From assembly GCA_030637025.1 (NCBI GenBank), contig DAOVVV010000017.1, positions 1-53,131 of the forward strand: a DNA stretch of 53,131 bases, read 5' to 3'. The position numbers and the translations under genes are program-made. The DNA is from Clostridia bacterium. GTDB taxonomy: Bacteria; CBDUZB01; JAGLHV01. Under the pieces are notes generated by a model that was given only the letters and a program-made list of their open reading frames with translations, did not search any database and was not told where the DNA came from. The first letter of the stretch is position 1. Every line of letters starts with the position of its first letter. Shown here piece by piece: positions 1 to 9,524 of the stretch.

Positions 1-630
1 AGCCCCTCCGGGATTATCTCCTTTACCAATTGAAAAGGAAAGTCCGCTAATAATATTAGACATATCTTTTCCGCTTAAATCAATAGTATATTGTTTCCAT
101 TCTTTAGTACCTACTATCGGACCATGACTTCCTTTAGCCGTATCAGAAGAGACAGAACCATCCATTATTCCCCCTACGGTAAATCCCCCTATTCTTTCTC
201 CTCCTTTTTCACCTCTTAACCAAAAAGTAAACTTTGTTGCCCCTGCTAAATTGAAACCACCCTTCACAGTTCCCCAGTTATTCGCCGGTTCCTGCCAATA
301 AATACCGGCCCAACCATTAGGTCCTTTTGCCGAATAAGAAATTTTAAAAGAAGTTCTTCCGGAATGAGGTTTTACCGGATAGGCACCATCTATTTTTAAA
401 TCACTTATATCTCCCATCCAACCGGAAGGACAATAATGGTTACTCATAGAACCTTCCTCGGTATAAATATAAAAGGGTTTAAAATTAGAAGACCTGACTT
501 TAGAAGCAGAAGTTTTTACTGTGGAAACTGCTGCTGTATCTCTCTTTACCGATTTTTCTATCGGCGTGCAAGCAAATAAAATACCTCCAATCATTGTACT
601 GGCAACGACATAAACTAAACTCTTTCTCAT
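1..630 (-). CDS. Lipoprotein with CBM/galactose-binding-like domain (partial, runs off the left edge; not in ORF track)
   Basis: ATG at 630 after GAGGAGG. Manual translation is open to position 1: MRKSLVYVVASTMIGGILFAC (lipobox) ...PSGWMGD...WAGIYWQEPANNWG...WKQYTIDL, an aromatic-rich beta-sandwich pattern. Confidence 0.75.
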   Translation of the reverse strand, partial: MRKSLVYVVASTMIGGILFACTPIEKSVKRDTAAVSTVKTSASKVRSSNFKPFYIYTEEGSMSNHYCPSGWMGDISDLKIDGAYPVKPHSGRTSFKISYSAKGPNGWAGIYWQEPANNWGTVKGGFNLAGATKFTFWLRGEKGGERIGGFTVGGIMDGSVSSDTAKGSHGPIVGTKEWKQYTIDLSGKDMSNIISGLSFSIGKGDNPGGA

Positions 631-669
631 TTCTTCCTCCTCTTTATTATTTTAAACTTCTGTCAAAAA

Positions 670-1212
670 CTAAAACAACTTATTATAGGCTAAAACAAAT
701 TGCTTCGTCCCCTGCAATTGAAAAACCAAACCCTCTTTTTCCTGCCTTTTAGCATTGGTGGTCGAAGAAGAAGCAAATAAATAAGCATCTATCACCCCCC
801 ATGTCCAAACAGCTGCCGTTACATATCCACAAATTCTACTGGTATCTAACTGTTCACTATACTCATCGTATAAATCATCATCTATAAGACCTCTATCTCT
901 TCTATCCTCATACTCACTATAAGTATTATTGGCTTTACTATACATCACTACTGCTGCAGTTATACCTGCCAGTGCCGTCGTAGTAATAATATATCCTTTT
1001 GTTTTTTGCTGATTAAAAATTTGTCCCCAACCAGGTAGTAATAATGACCGTAAAGAAGCATTTATGGGAGTCTTAGCATAAAAATCAAATCCTTCCTGTG
1101 TCTTCCATTTATCCTGAGCAAACGCTTTTGCCGGTAATAGAAGAAAGCTAATTATTACCGTTGAATACAATAAAATTAATTTCTTTTTTATCTCTTTCCT
1201 CAATATCCACAC
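670..1212 (-). CDS. DUF5683-like membrane/outer-membrane associated protein
   Basis: Motif SLLLPGWGQIFN, then hydrophobic helices and WGVIDAY. GTG start at 1212 chosen because it follows AGGAGGTG (track start 1251). Confidence 0.65.
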   Translation of the reverse strand: MWILRKEIKKKLILLYSTVIISFLLLPAKAFAQDKWKTQEGFDFYAKTPINASLRSLLLPGWGQIFNQQKTKGYIITTTALAGITAAVVMYSKANNTYSEYEDRRDRGLIDDDLYDEYSEQLDTSRICGYVTAAVWTWGVIDAYLFASSSTTNAKRQEKEGLVFQLQGTKQFVLAYNKLF

Positions 1213-1320
1213 TCTTTTTTCACCTCCTCTCTTATTTCTTTTAAAATTCAACTATCTTTGTTTTTTGTCTTTGTCTATGGACTGTCGACTATGGACTATG
1301 AACTAAATCTTAATTTATAA

Positions 1321-1965
1321 CTATTTAACATACCTGATATCATCCACATAGACAAATCCTCCGGTCCCCGGGATATCTCCACCGCTATAACTAAAAACTA
1401 TACTAAAATATGCTGTTATGCTGGTTAATTGCTCTATATCAATTTCATACTGTCTCCATGTATTGGTAAGGCTTGCTACTTCTACTTTTCCCCCATGAGG
1501 TCCGGTAAAAGACACTTTGGTATTAACAGACAAAGCACCTTTAGCCCAAAAAGTAATTTTTGTATATCCCCCGGGAGTAAAATCTTTATAAGTAAAGCCG
1601 TCTTCGTCTACAATCAAAGATAAAGCACAGTAATAATGTTGCATCCCATTAATTTCATAATCGTAAACATCTTGTCCTGTCCAGGAATATTTCATACACA
1701 TATATCCTTGAGGAGGACTCTGGTCGGCAACCCGAAAATCCGTTTCCTGTCCTTGCGGACCGGTCAGATAGGTTATACCACCCACCCCTCTCAAATCATC
1801 ATCGTAAACCACCCAATCCCCCCATGTTGTATTTCCCAACGACTCATCTAATGTAGGATTGGTCAGTTTATTTAAAGGATTTAATTCACATCCCACCATA
1901 AAAATAAGCGGCAAAAGATATATATACTTAAAAAATTTTTTGTTTATTTTAAGATAAGATTTCAT
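1321..1965 (-). CDS. Lipoprotein with CBM-like beta-sandwich domain
   Basis: Lipobox FMVGC; C-terminal ITFWAKG...WRQYEIDI...VYVDDIRY typical of CBM11/CIA30-like folds. Confidence 0.65.
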   Translation of the reverse strand: MKSYLKINKKFFKYIYLLPLIFMVGCELNPLNKLTNPTLDESLGNTTWGDWVVYDDDLRGVGGITYLTGPQGQETDFRVADQSPPQGYMCMKYSWTGQDVYDYEINGMQHYYCALSLIVDEDGFTYKDFTPGGYTKITFWAKGALSVNTKVSFTGPHGGKVEVASLTNTWRQYEIDIEQLTSITAYFSIVFSYSGGDIPGTGGFVYVDDIRYVK

Positions 1966-1970
1966 CTTCT

Positions 1971-4637
1971 TTACTCCTGATTTTCTAATTTAAGGATAAT
2001 TATTTCTACCCTTCTATTCTTAGACCGTCCTTCTTTGGTGGCGTTAGAAGCTACCGGTTTTGTCTCTCCCAATCCGACAACGCTCATTCGTGAAGCGGAA
2101 AGATCTCCTTTATAAATAAAATAATCCGCCACACTTTGTGCACGCAATTCAGATAATTTCTGATTATACCTTGCACTACCAATACTATCTGCATGCCCTT
2201 CTATTTTAAGTTTGTTCTCAGGATAAGATTCCAGTATTTCTTTGGCTTTATTTAAAATTTTAAAAGCAGATTTTTTTAATACCGAACGATTAAGGTCAAA
2301 AAGAACACTTGCTTTTATGGTAACTTTCAATCCTTCTTTTTCTTTGGTTATTTTAATCTCTTCAGGCATTTCTTTAGGAGAAATTTCTATTTTTAAGCAA
2401 ACAAGAGGAGCGGTAACTTTATTACCTGCGTTATCTTCTGCTTTAAAAAGTACACTGTATTCGCCTGCTGTAATCTCTTTTCCCGGAGAATCACTTTTCC
2501 CATTCCATTCAATACTCGGGGGAGGTGCTCCTGCTCGGGTAAACAATTTTATTAAATAACCTTCATTATCCAAAATTTCCAACCGCCATTTTTTTATTCC
2601 TGATTCAGATGAAGCCATCAACCGGAAATAAGTAGTATCATTTATACCATCCCCGTCAGGAGAAAATAAAGGTGGCAGTGCTTCTACAAGAAGACGGGGG
2701 GGACTCTTATCCGACGAAGGTGGCGGACTAACGAAAAGACCGAAACGCCAGATGCAAAACAATTTTATTTCATCAAAGCCTCCGATCATAGAGGTAATAT
2801 ATTTCCCGTCTATTTCTCTGGTTCCTAAATATTCCATTCCTATTTCAAAATTTCCGACATTGCGGCTCAAAGAAGCTTTATATACCCGGTCAAAAGTCTG
2901 TCCAAAAGAGCGATGCCAATCCTCCGGACCCCATACACCCTGTTGATAGGTAATTGAGGCCAAATAAGGTTTTTTGTTCAAACTTACCGTCGCACTAAGC
3001 AATCCGGTAATAGGTTTACATTCTTCCTGACTGGTAGTATAAGAATAAATTCCATCTGATAATTCTTCACCGGCTCTTAAACTAATGAGGAACTTATAAT
3101 CCTGCGGTAAGTTAACTTTACTCAAAATAGTTACAAAAGAAAGCGGCCTTTTTGTTGCCCACCTACCATGGGTTGCACTGGGCTCCCACACTGTTTCACC
3201 TGAACTTTCAATATAAGTTTGCAAATCAGTAGTAGTAGGAAAATAAGAAAGAGAATAACCCAGGGCAAAAGCAAATTTTGCATTTTCTTCACGGTTTAAA
3301 TTCCATTCCTGAAGAACATTGGGTTCCCATTGATAAAACCAGCTGCCCGGAGTCGGGTCGTAAGTTAAAAATAAAGAATATATTGATGCTTCGCGATTAT
3401 CATTACTCACCCAAAAAGGTTCATCCTTACCCCGGGGAGTAGACCATATCGGACCGGGATTTTCGTCCGTTCCTTCATGCAAAAAGGGCATCGGCCCGAT
3501 AAGAGGTTGACGATAAGTAAATATTCCTGTAGTATAAAATAAAGAAGAAAGTTTTTTATCCAATTGCAGGGTAACTTCATTTTTATTTCCGGCCACTAAT
3601 CCGGCATGAGTATATGTAATAGCACTTTCATCGATTAAAGGTGCACATTTTCTAGTATTTACCTTTATTTTTAAAGCAAGGGCATCTAAAAAATCGGTTT
3701 TTCCTTTTTTAATCAGATATTCGCTTCCAGCATACCCTGTACCGGCAGGAACTTCTTTTATATAGCTGTATTCTTCCCCTATCATAAAGGGTTTATAAAG
3801 CAACCCCACCTGAAAAGGAAAATTCCGGATAATATTTGTTTTTGTGCTTATTTCTCCTATCTTTAAAAAATCTTCTTTTTCACTCCAATCTATTTTTTCA
3901 TTTTTAAGAATTAAAGCAGAATCAAAAAGGCCTACTTTAAAATTATACTTAGCTAAAGTAGCCTCTCCTCCGCCCCAGATCAAACGGGGACCGCTTACTA
4001 CAGTAAGCTTATTTACTTTTCCTTTTATATTAATTTCCGCGCCCTGGGGAACAGCTATTCCGGTAATCCGGCGATAGTCATTGGGAATATAAGTCTCCGG
4101 ATAAAGATTAAACATATCCCCTTCATAACCCCAATGATAATGGCCGATACCGCTAAAATAACGTGCCGTAAATCTCTTTCCTCCTAAATACTTCAGCTCT
4201 CCCCTGACCAATTTTACATTCTGACGATCAAGATGCATTCTGTGCTCATCATTAACCGGCAGCCAAAAAGTATCAGCATAATTACCTATTGCTTCTATCC
4301 CTAATCCTCCCATTATTCTTTTAAAAGGATGAAATCCTACATTTAAATTTAAAATCTGGCCTGTTGATTGTTCCCAGTCATGCTCTATTCCTGCATTATG
4401 ATAATATGTATAGGATTTGCTTATTTCATCATCGGTTATGACCCATTCGGGATCCGGCCTGTTCCATAATGATTCTAAACTTAAAGAAGATTCTATTTTT
4501 ATACAGCGGTAAGGCAAAGGCTTATATACACAAATTACCGGAATCAACCCCCCTTCTTCTTTAGCAAAGGCAAAAATGAAATTAAGCACTATAAAAAATA
4601 TTAAAAGCACACTTAACTTTTTTGTTTTCTTAAACAT
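1971..4637 (-). CDS. Outer-membrane protein: large beta-rich N-region, FlgD-like Ig domain, C-terminal OmpA peptidoglycan-binding domain
   Basis: Signal peptide; FSPDGDGIND...IEWNGK (FlgD-Ig-like); VLFDLNRS...IEGHADSIG...NQKLSELRAQSV...NRRVEI (OmpA-C). Confidence 0.8.
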   Translation of the reverse strand: MFKKTKKLSVLLIFFIVLNFIFAFAKEEGGLIPVICVYKPLPYRCIKIESSLSLESLWNRPDPEWVITDDEISKSYTYYHNAGIEHDWEQSTGQILNLNVGFHPFKRIMGGLGIEAIGNYADTFWLPVNDEHRMHLDRQNVKLVRGELKYLGGKRFTARYFSGIGHYHWGYEGDMFNLYPETYIPNDYRRITGIAVPQGAEINIKGKVNKLTVVSGPRLIWGGGEATLAKYNFKVGLFDSALILKNEKIDWSEKEDFLKIGEISTKTNIIRNFPFQVGLLYKPFMIGEEYSYIKEVPAGTGYAGSEYLIKKGKTDFLDALALKIKVNTRKCAPLIDESAITYTHAGLVAGNKNEVTLQLDKKLSSLFYTTGIFTYRQPLIGPMPFLHEGTDENPGPIWSTPRGKDEPFWVSNDNREASIYSLFLTYDPTPGSWFYQWEPNVLQEWNLNREENAKFAFALGYSLSYFPTTTDLQTYIESSGETVWEPSATHGRWATKRPLSFVTILSKVNLPQDYKFLISLRAGEELSDGIYSYTTSQEECKPITGLLSATVSLNKKPYLASITYQQGVWGPEDWHRSFGQTFDRVYKASLSRNVGNFEIGMEYLGTREIDGKYITSMIGGFDEIKLFCIWRFGLFVSPPPSSDKSPPRLLVEALPPLFSPDGDGINDTTYFRLMASSESGIKKWRLEILDNEGYLIKLFTRAGAPPPSIEWNGKSDSPGKEITAGEYSVLFKAEDNAGNKVTAPLVCLKIEISPKEMPEEIKITKEKEGLKVTIKASVLFDLNRSVLKKSAFKILNKAKEILESYPENKLKIEGHADSIGSARYNQKLSELRAQSVADYFIYKGDLSASRMSVVGLGETKPVASNATKEGRSKNRRVEIIILKLENQE

Positions 4638-4734
4638 ATCTATTCTCTCTTTTTTATTTTTGAATTAATTTACAAATTGTCTACTTAATTTTATACTATT
4701 TTTATCGCTAATTGTAAAGACTTGTTTTTAAGGA

Positions 4735-5817
4735 TTAAAATAATATGGCTAAAGAAAAACGATGCGTGTCTTTTAATTTAGGACGAAAAACAAAAGCATA
4801 ATCTATTTTAAAATGCCCTTGCTTCAAAGAAGCTCCTGCTGAAAAATCATCCAAAAAAGAAATCCTTAAACCATATATTTCATGTAACCAGCATTCTATT
4901 CCCTGAAAAAACTTTAAAGAATCTGTTTCGTCCGGAATATAATCAAACTCAAAAGCGATATTTAGTTTTATGTCTATCGATTCGTTTTCTTCTTTTCGTA
5001 AAGAATTTTTATTTCGTTCTAAGGCTTGAGGATTTTGAGAAATTCTTGGCTCGTAAATACTATATTCTCCCCCATGCTCTTCTTCTTTAAAAAAACTAAC
5101 CAGGGAAGAAAAAGCTTTCTTTGCTTTTAACACTACTCCGGAACGAATATGGCAGGGAATTACTTCTTTTACCTGCCTATCACTCCAATAAGAAGTTCCT
5201 TTGATTTGGGTCTTTCCTATATTTTGAATATTTACTCCCCATGTCAAAAAACCTTCTCCGCCCAACAACATTCCCAGATCCATTCCCCATCCCTCACTGG
5301 AAAAGGTATCGATATTCTGGGTTATTCTTTTACCGCTAATTCCTAAATACAAAGGTAAAGAGGATACAGGCTGAATACTGCCGGAAACAAAAAAAGCATC
5401 ATTAACCATCCGGGTCTCTCCCAGGGATTCTTCCTGGTTTGTCTTTTCTATATTTAAGCTCCTTAGCTGTAACCATCCTGCACCCAGAGCAATCCTGCTT
5501 TTTTCTTTTTTGCAGGCAAAAACAGGCTGAGCATAGCTCATAAAGCTATATGTCGTGTCGGTAAATAAAGAACCGTAAGTTCCGCTAAATTCCCTGTTTT
5601 TTAGTAAACCCAATCCGGCCGGATTCCAATAAACCGCACTGGAGTCATCAACTAAAGCCGTAAAAGCACCTCCCATTCCCATAGATCTTGCTTCTACTCC
5701 GACAAGCAAAAAGCTTGCCGGTTCCCCCGCAGCAAAACAAACATCCGGGAATTGAGTTGCCGGAATGAAAAACAAACCAATACAAACTAAAAATAATAAT
5801 TTTGTATGTATCTTCAT
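4735..5817 (-). CDS. PorV/PorQ-family (UPF0164-like) outer-membrane barrel
   Basis: GVEARSMGMGGAFTALVDDSSAVYWNPAGL N-motif and IDYAF...THRFSL C-end. Start overlaps the stop of the upstream hydrolase. Confidence 0.8.
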   Translation of the reverse strand: MKIHTKLLFLVCIGLFFIPATQFPDVCFAAGEPASFLLVGVEARSMGMGGAFTALVDDSSAVYWNPAGLGLLKNREFSGTYGSLFTDTTYSFMSYAQPVFACKKEKSRIALGAGWLQLRSLNIEKTNQEESLGETRMVNDAFFVSGSIQPVSSLPLYLGISGKRITQNIDTFSSEGWGMDLGMLLGGEGFLTWGVNIQNIGKTQIKGTSYWSDRQVKEVIPCHIRSGVVLKAKKAFSSLVSFFKEEEHGGEYSIYEPRISQNPQALERNKNSLRKEENESIDIKLNIAFEFDYIPDETDSLKFFQGIECWLHEIYGLRISFLDDFSAGASLKQGHFKIDYAFVFRPKLKDTHRFSLAILF

Positions 5818-7271
5818 TTTAATACCATAATCCGCCGATATTTTACCTCGGTAAGATTTTCATTTTTTGCTTTAGCTTTTATCCGGCAAATATACACCCC
5901 ATTGGCTACTACATGGTTATTCTTATCCCGTCCGTCCCAGTATATCTGATAATTAATTTCACTATATAATCCATTCCAATATATCCGTGATATAACATCT
6001 TCTTCTATCTCCGACCAGGAACAAACTAATTTACCGGCAATATCATATATTTCAACTTTTATATCGGCTATTCGATTTAAAGTGAATTCAATTCTTGTTT
6101 TGTTTTGATAAGGATTAAACGGATTAGCGTAATTTTTTACTGCACTTATAAATAAAGGAACCTCTTCCAGATAATCTTCTCCTGTCCAATGTTTTCTTAA
6201 TGCATAGTAAGCTTTCTTCGGTATTTTCTGGTAACTGTTAGTTAAAAGACTGACTACCCCGCACCATTCATCATTCCAGTTTTCAAGCCCGGGGGCAGAA
6301 TCATAAATATTATCAAGAGAACCTCTTCCCTCTGTGTTATGTACCCAATCCGGAGTTCCGTTTTGATCCCGGGACCAGTCATCGGCCCACATATGTAATG
6401 TTCCCCCGATACACACTCTATTACTATTAAAAGCAGAAAGATTATGTTTTATGTGTGTCCAGAGATTAGATAAAACTTCCGCATGGGCACCCTGGTTTTC
6501 CTGAAGTTTTATTGAATCCCAACTATCACATCCGTACTCGGTAATACAAAGCGGTTTTTCACTTTTTCCTTTATATTCCGTAAACAAGTCATAAAACGAA
6601 TTACCTCTATAAACCTGCACCGACCAGACATCCAGATAAGGCATATTAGCATCGTCAGCTAACTCAGCGGCATCCCCTATATTAAATATTTCCCAGTTAC
6701 CTGTAGTTACCGGATGAAAATTATCTCCCTCCAGCTCATGGCTGGCCTGAGCACATTCATTAACCAAACTGTACCAATCTTTAACATCTTCTTCATGATT
6801 CCAGGGGGCATTTTGCTCGTTTCCCAGACACCACATTAATATTGCCGGATGGTCTTTCCAGTCATTCACCATATTTAAAAAATCCGCTTTTACCTCATCC
6901 CTTACTGACTGCACACTAAAGTCTGCTTTAGCAACCTTCCAGGTCATAATCACATATATTCCATTTTCATAAGCAGCATCCAGGGCAGCTACTTCCGAAG
7001 GCGGATCATAAATTCTTATGGTATTACCGCCCATTGCCTTAATTAAAGGAAAATCAATATTGTATAAATCAGGGTCCTTGCTCCAGTCATAAAGAGGATA
7101 CCAACCTTCTCCCACCGGCGTAGATCCAAAACAAACACCCCTTACAGTAAAAGGCACACTATCTACTAAAAGTTGCCGGCCTTCCACCTTTACTTCCGTA
7201 GATTTACTTGCGGACGGAAAACTAAAACAAATGGCAAACGACACAATAATTGCAACAAGTACCTTTTTCAT
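5814..7271 (-). CDS. Secreted clan GH-A glycoside hydrolase (GH2-TIM/GH158-like) with C-terminal FlgD/T9SS-type sorting domain
   Basis: Signal peptide; NTIRIY, acid/base LGNE, nucleophile ITEYG; C-terminal NPFNP...IYDIAGKLV...YWDGRD...VANGVYI. Confidence 0.8.
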   Translation of the reverse strand: MKKVLVAIIVSFAICFSFPSASKSTEVKVEGRQLLVDSVPFTVRGVCFGSTPVGEGWYPLYDWSKDPDLYNIDFPLIKAMGGNTIRIYDPPSEVAALDAAYENGIYVIMTWKVAKADFSVQSVRDEVKADFLNMVNDWKDHPAILMWCLGNEQNAPWNHEEDVKDWYSLVNECAQASHELEGDNFHPVTTGNWEIFNIGDAAELADDANMPYLDVWSVQVYRGNSFYDLFTEYKGKSEKPLCITEYGCDSWDSIKLQENQGAHAEVLSNLWTHIKHNLSAFNSNRVCIGGTLHMWADDWSRDQNGTPDWVHNTEGRGSLDNIYDSAPGLENWNDEWCGVVSLLTNSYQKIPKKAYYALRKHWTGEDYLEEVPLFISAVKNYANPFNPYQNKTRIEFTLNRIADIKVEIYDIAGKLVCSWSEIEEDVISRIYWNGLYSEINYQIYWDGRDKNNHVVANGVYICRIKAKAKNENLTEVKYRRIMVLK

Positions 7272-9400
7272 TCTTCCCCTTTTTTACTCTTGAGGAGTTT
7301 AAAAACAAGTAATACCTGGACCCCCAACAAAGGGAAAATTATTACTTTTGCTTTCTGAGGTAAAAAGGGGGAATTATTTTTGACCTTTTTCGTTTTTTCA
7401 TTATCAATAAACTTCCCCTGCTCGGTATTCCCGGTAATATTCTCAATAATTTTATTTTCCAATTTTAAATTAATATTTTGCTCTGATTTGTTCAGTTTTT
7501 TTTCATTTTCATTTGCTGAATATTTCTCTATCTTTTTATTCCATATTTCCTTATGTACATAATAAGCTTTTCGTAACTGACGCAGGTAAGGACTCTTCTC
7601 CCCATCTCCCTGACTGGTAATACCAAACCATTCCGAATGCCCCCAACCATCAGGAAAAGGACCGCTCGACCGGGAAGCAGTATCATGCACTTTAGGGTCA
7701 TAACCGTTTCCACTTAACCACCATTCATCAATCCATTCGTAAAGTATTCCCCCCATGGCATTTCCTGCTTCACTACCGGCTAAATTAAGCACAATATCCT
7801 GCCAGCATCCAACTAAATATTCCGCTTGTTTTTTCTCTGCAAATTTTTGTTTTTTCCCTTCATAATAAGCCGGACAACCATATTCAGTAATTAATACCGG
7901 CTTATCACATATTTTCTTGACTTTTTCCCATAAACCGCCAAAACCCCGGCTTCCCCGGTAGGCATTACAACCAAAAATGTCCACTGCCGGACAATGAGCA
8001 GCAAAAAGTTCCAAATCACCTTCATCTCCCATACAAACTGCTACCGGATGTTCCGGATCCAGACGATGAATTAATTCCGCTGCCTGGTTAATAAATTGAT
8101 AATAAGCCGTTGGATTTTCTTTATAATTGTTTCCTACACCATAATTATTTTCGTTTCCTAAAACCCAAAGCAAAAGGTACGGCTCATCTTTAAATTCCAA
8201 AACCTTTTTTTCCAGATTATAAAGAATATCCGTACGTTGTTCCGCATTAGTATAATCGGTAAAACCTCTCCCGGAGCCTGTCCCATACATCCCCATAAAA
8301 TCGCCCATAAGACACATTATACCAAAATCTTTATACAATTTTCGCAATAATTTTTTGCTTCCGGCACTATGATAAATGCGGATAGTATTACATCCCATTT
8401 CTTTTAATAATTGAAAATCACCTATTACCGGTTCATCTGCATCCTGTTTGTTGTTTTTGTTTTTATCTACCCATGAATCATAAGGACCATCAATCTTTCC
8501 GTTTTTATTATAATCCATCAATGTCCAATCTTCCTGTGTCCCCAATTCCGCACTCTGCCCTACAGGAGTACATCCATAAGTTATACCTTTAATAATATAC
8601 GGTTTGCCTTTTACTCTCAATTGATAATGCCCATTAGTAAATCTTGTCACTTCTACTTTTTTTACTTTCTTTTTTTCTTTTTCTTTTACTTCTATTAATC
8701 TTCCATTCTCAAGTTCTTCTTTCTTTCTTTGCTGTTTTGTATATTTTACCAACTTTCCCGGATTAACCGTAACAATATCATTGTCCAAATCCGTATCATC
8801 AAAACTTTTTATCTTAATCTCGGCTTCTATTAATTTTAATTCCAATTCAGGATGATTTTTACAAATATTATTGATGGAATCCAGGGCTACCGGAGCTAAA
8901 TACCAAACAAAGGTTTTCTCCTGCGCCCAGGAAGCAGAACGGGGAAAATGTACTACCAGAGCATAATAAGCTTTTATTGCTTGTTTATAAAGACCTGCTT
9001 TTTCTAAATTCTGGGCAACATAAAAAAGTTTAACCGCGGGACTTTCAGGGGCTGTTGCCCACTTATAAAAATTCGCCTGAGCATCACTTCCTAAAAAACT
9101 CCACCGACTACCGTCCAATTTCCCTTCGGAGAGAAACTTTTGGTACTCAGGGTCCTGTCTAACAGTTTTGTCATTAGGATAAATTCCTTCGCCTACGGCC
9201 CGGGATAATCCTTTTCTATCTTCAATGACATACTTATACTTATCAGTTTTTATTCCCTCAAAAGTTCCGTATTGAGAATAATCAACTATCCCTTCTGTCC
9301 CCGAATCAAACAATTTAAATCCTGTTTTTGCCCCGGAAATAGAAACTATATATAAACAAAAAATAATTACCCCACCTGTTTTTTTTAATAATCCCTTCAT
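7268..9400 (-). CDS. Clan GH-A glycoside hydrolase (GH2-like TIM barrel) with N-terminal TPR-like segment
   Basis: NTIRIYH, WVLGNENNY, ITEYG, EWIDEWW; clear paralog of 9525..11408. Confidence 0.8.
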   Translation of the reverse strand: MKGLLKKTGGVIIFCLYIVSISGAKTGFKLFDSGTEGIVDYSQYGTFEGIKTDKYKYVIEDRKGLSRAVGEGIYPNDKTVRQDPEYQKFLSEGKLDGSRWSFLGSDAQANFYKWATAPESPAVKLFYVAQNLEKAGLYKQAIKAYYALVVHFPRSASWAQEKTFVWYLAPVALDSINNICKNHPELELKLIEAEIKIKSFDDTDLDNDIVTVNPGKLVKYTKQQRKKEELENGRLIEVKEKEKKKVKKVEVTRFTNGHYQLRVKGKPYIIKGITYGCTPVGQSAELGTQEDWTLMDYNKNGKIDGPYDSWVDKNKNNKQDADEPVIGDFQLLKEMGCNTIRIYHSAGSKKLLRKLYKDFGIMCLMGDFMGMYGTGSGRGFTDYTNAEQRTDILYNLEKKVLEFKDEPYLLLWVLGNENNYGVGNNYKENPTAYYQFINQAAELIHRLDPEHPVAVCMGDEGDLELFAAHCPAVDIFGCNAYRGSRGFGGLWEKVKKICDKPVLITEYGCPAYYEGKKQKFAEKKQAEYLVGCWQDIVLNLAGSEAGNAMGGILYEWIDEWWLSGNGYDPKVHDTASRSSGPFPDGWGHSEWFGITSQGDGEKSPYLRQLRKAYYVHKEIWNKKIEKYSANENEKKLNKSEQNINLKLENKIIENITGNTEQGKFIDNEKTKKVKNNSPFLPQKAKVIIFPLLGVQVLLVFKLLKSKKGEE

Positions 9401-9524
9401 TTTTCCTCTTTTTATAATTACTGCAAAAATAAATTTAACGGCTTTCCCCTTTTGGGTAAAAAAATCCCCGCATTTATCAATTATTGACTATCCGTAATAA
9501 CATCGTAAATTGATAAACCGCCCC

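Noticed and set aside
1274-1304. Degenerate heptamer run (ACTATGG-like, ~4 copies)
   Set aside because: Too short and degenerate to assign a function; common intergenic filler.
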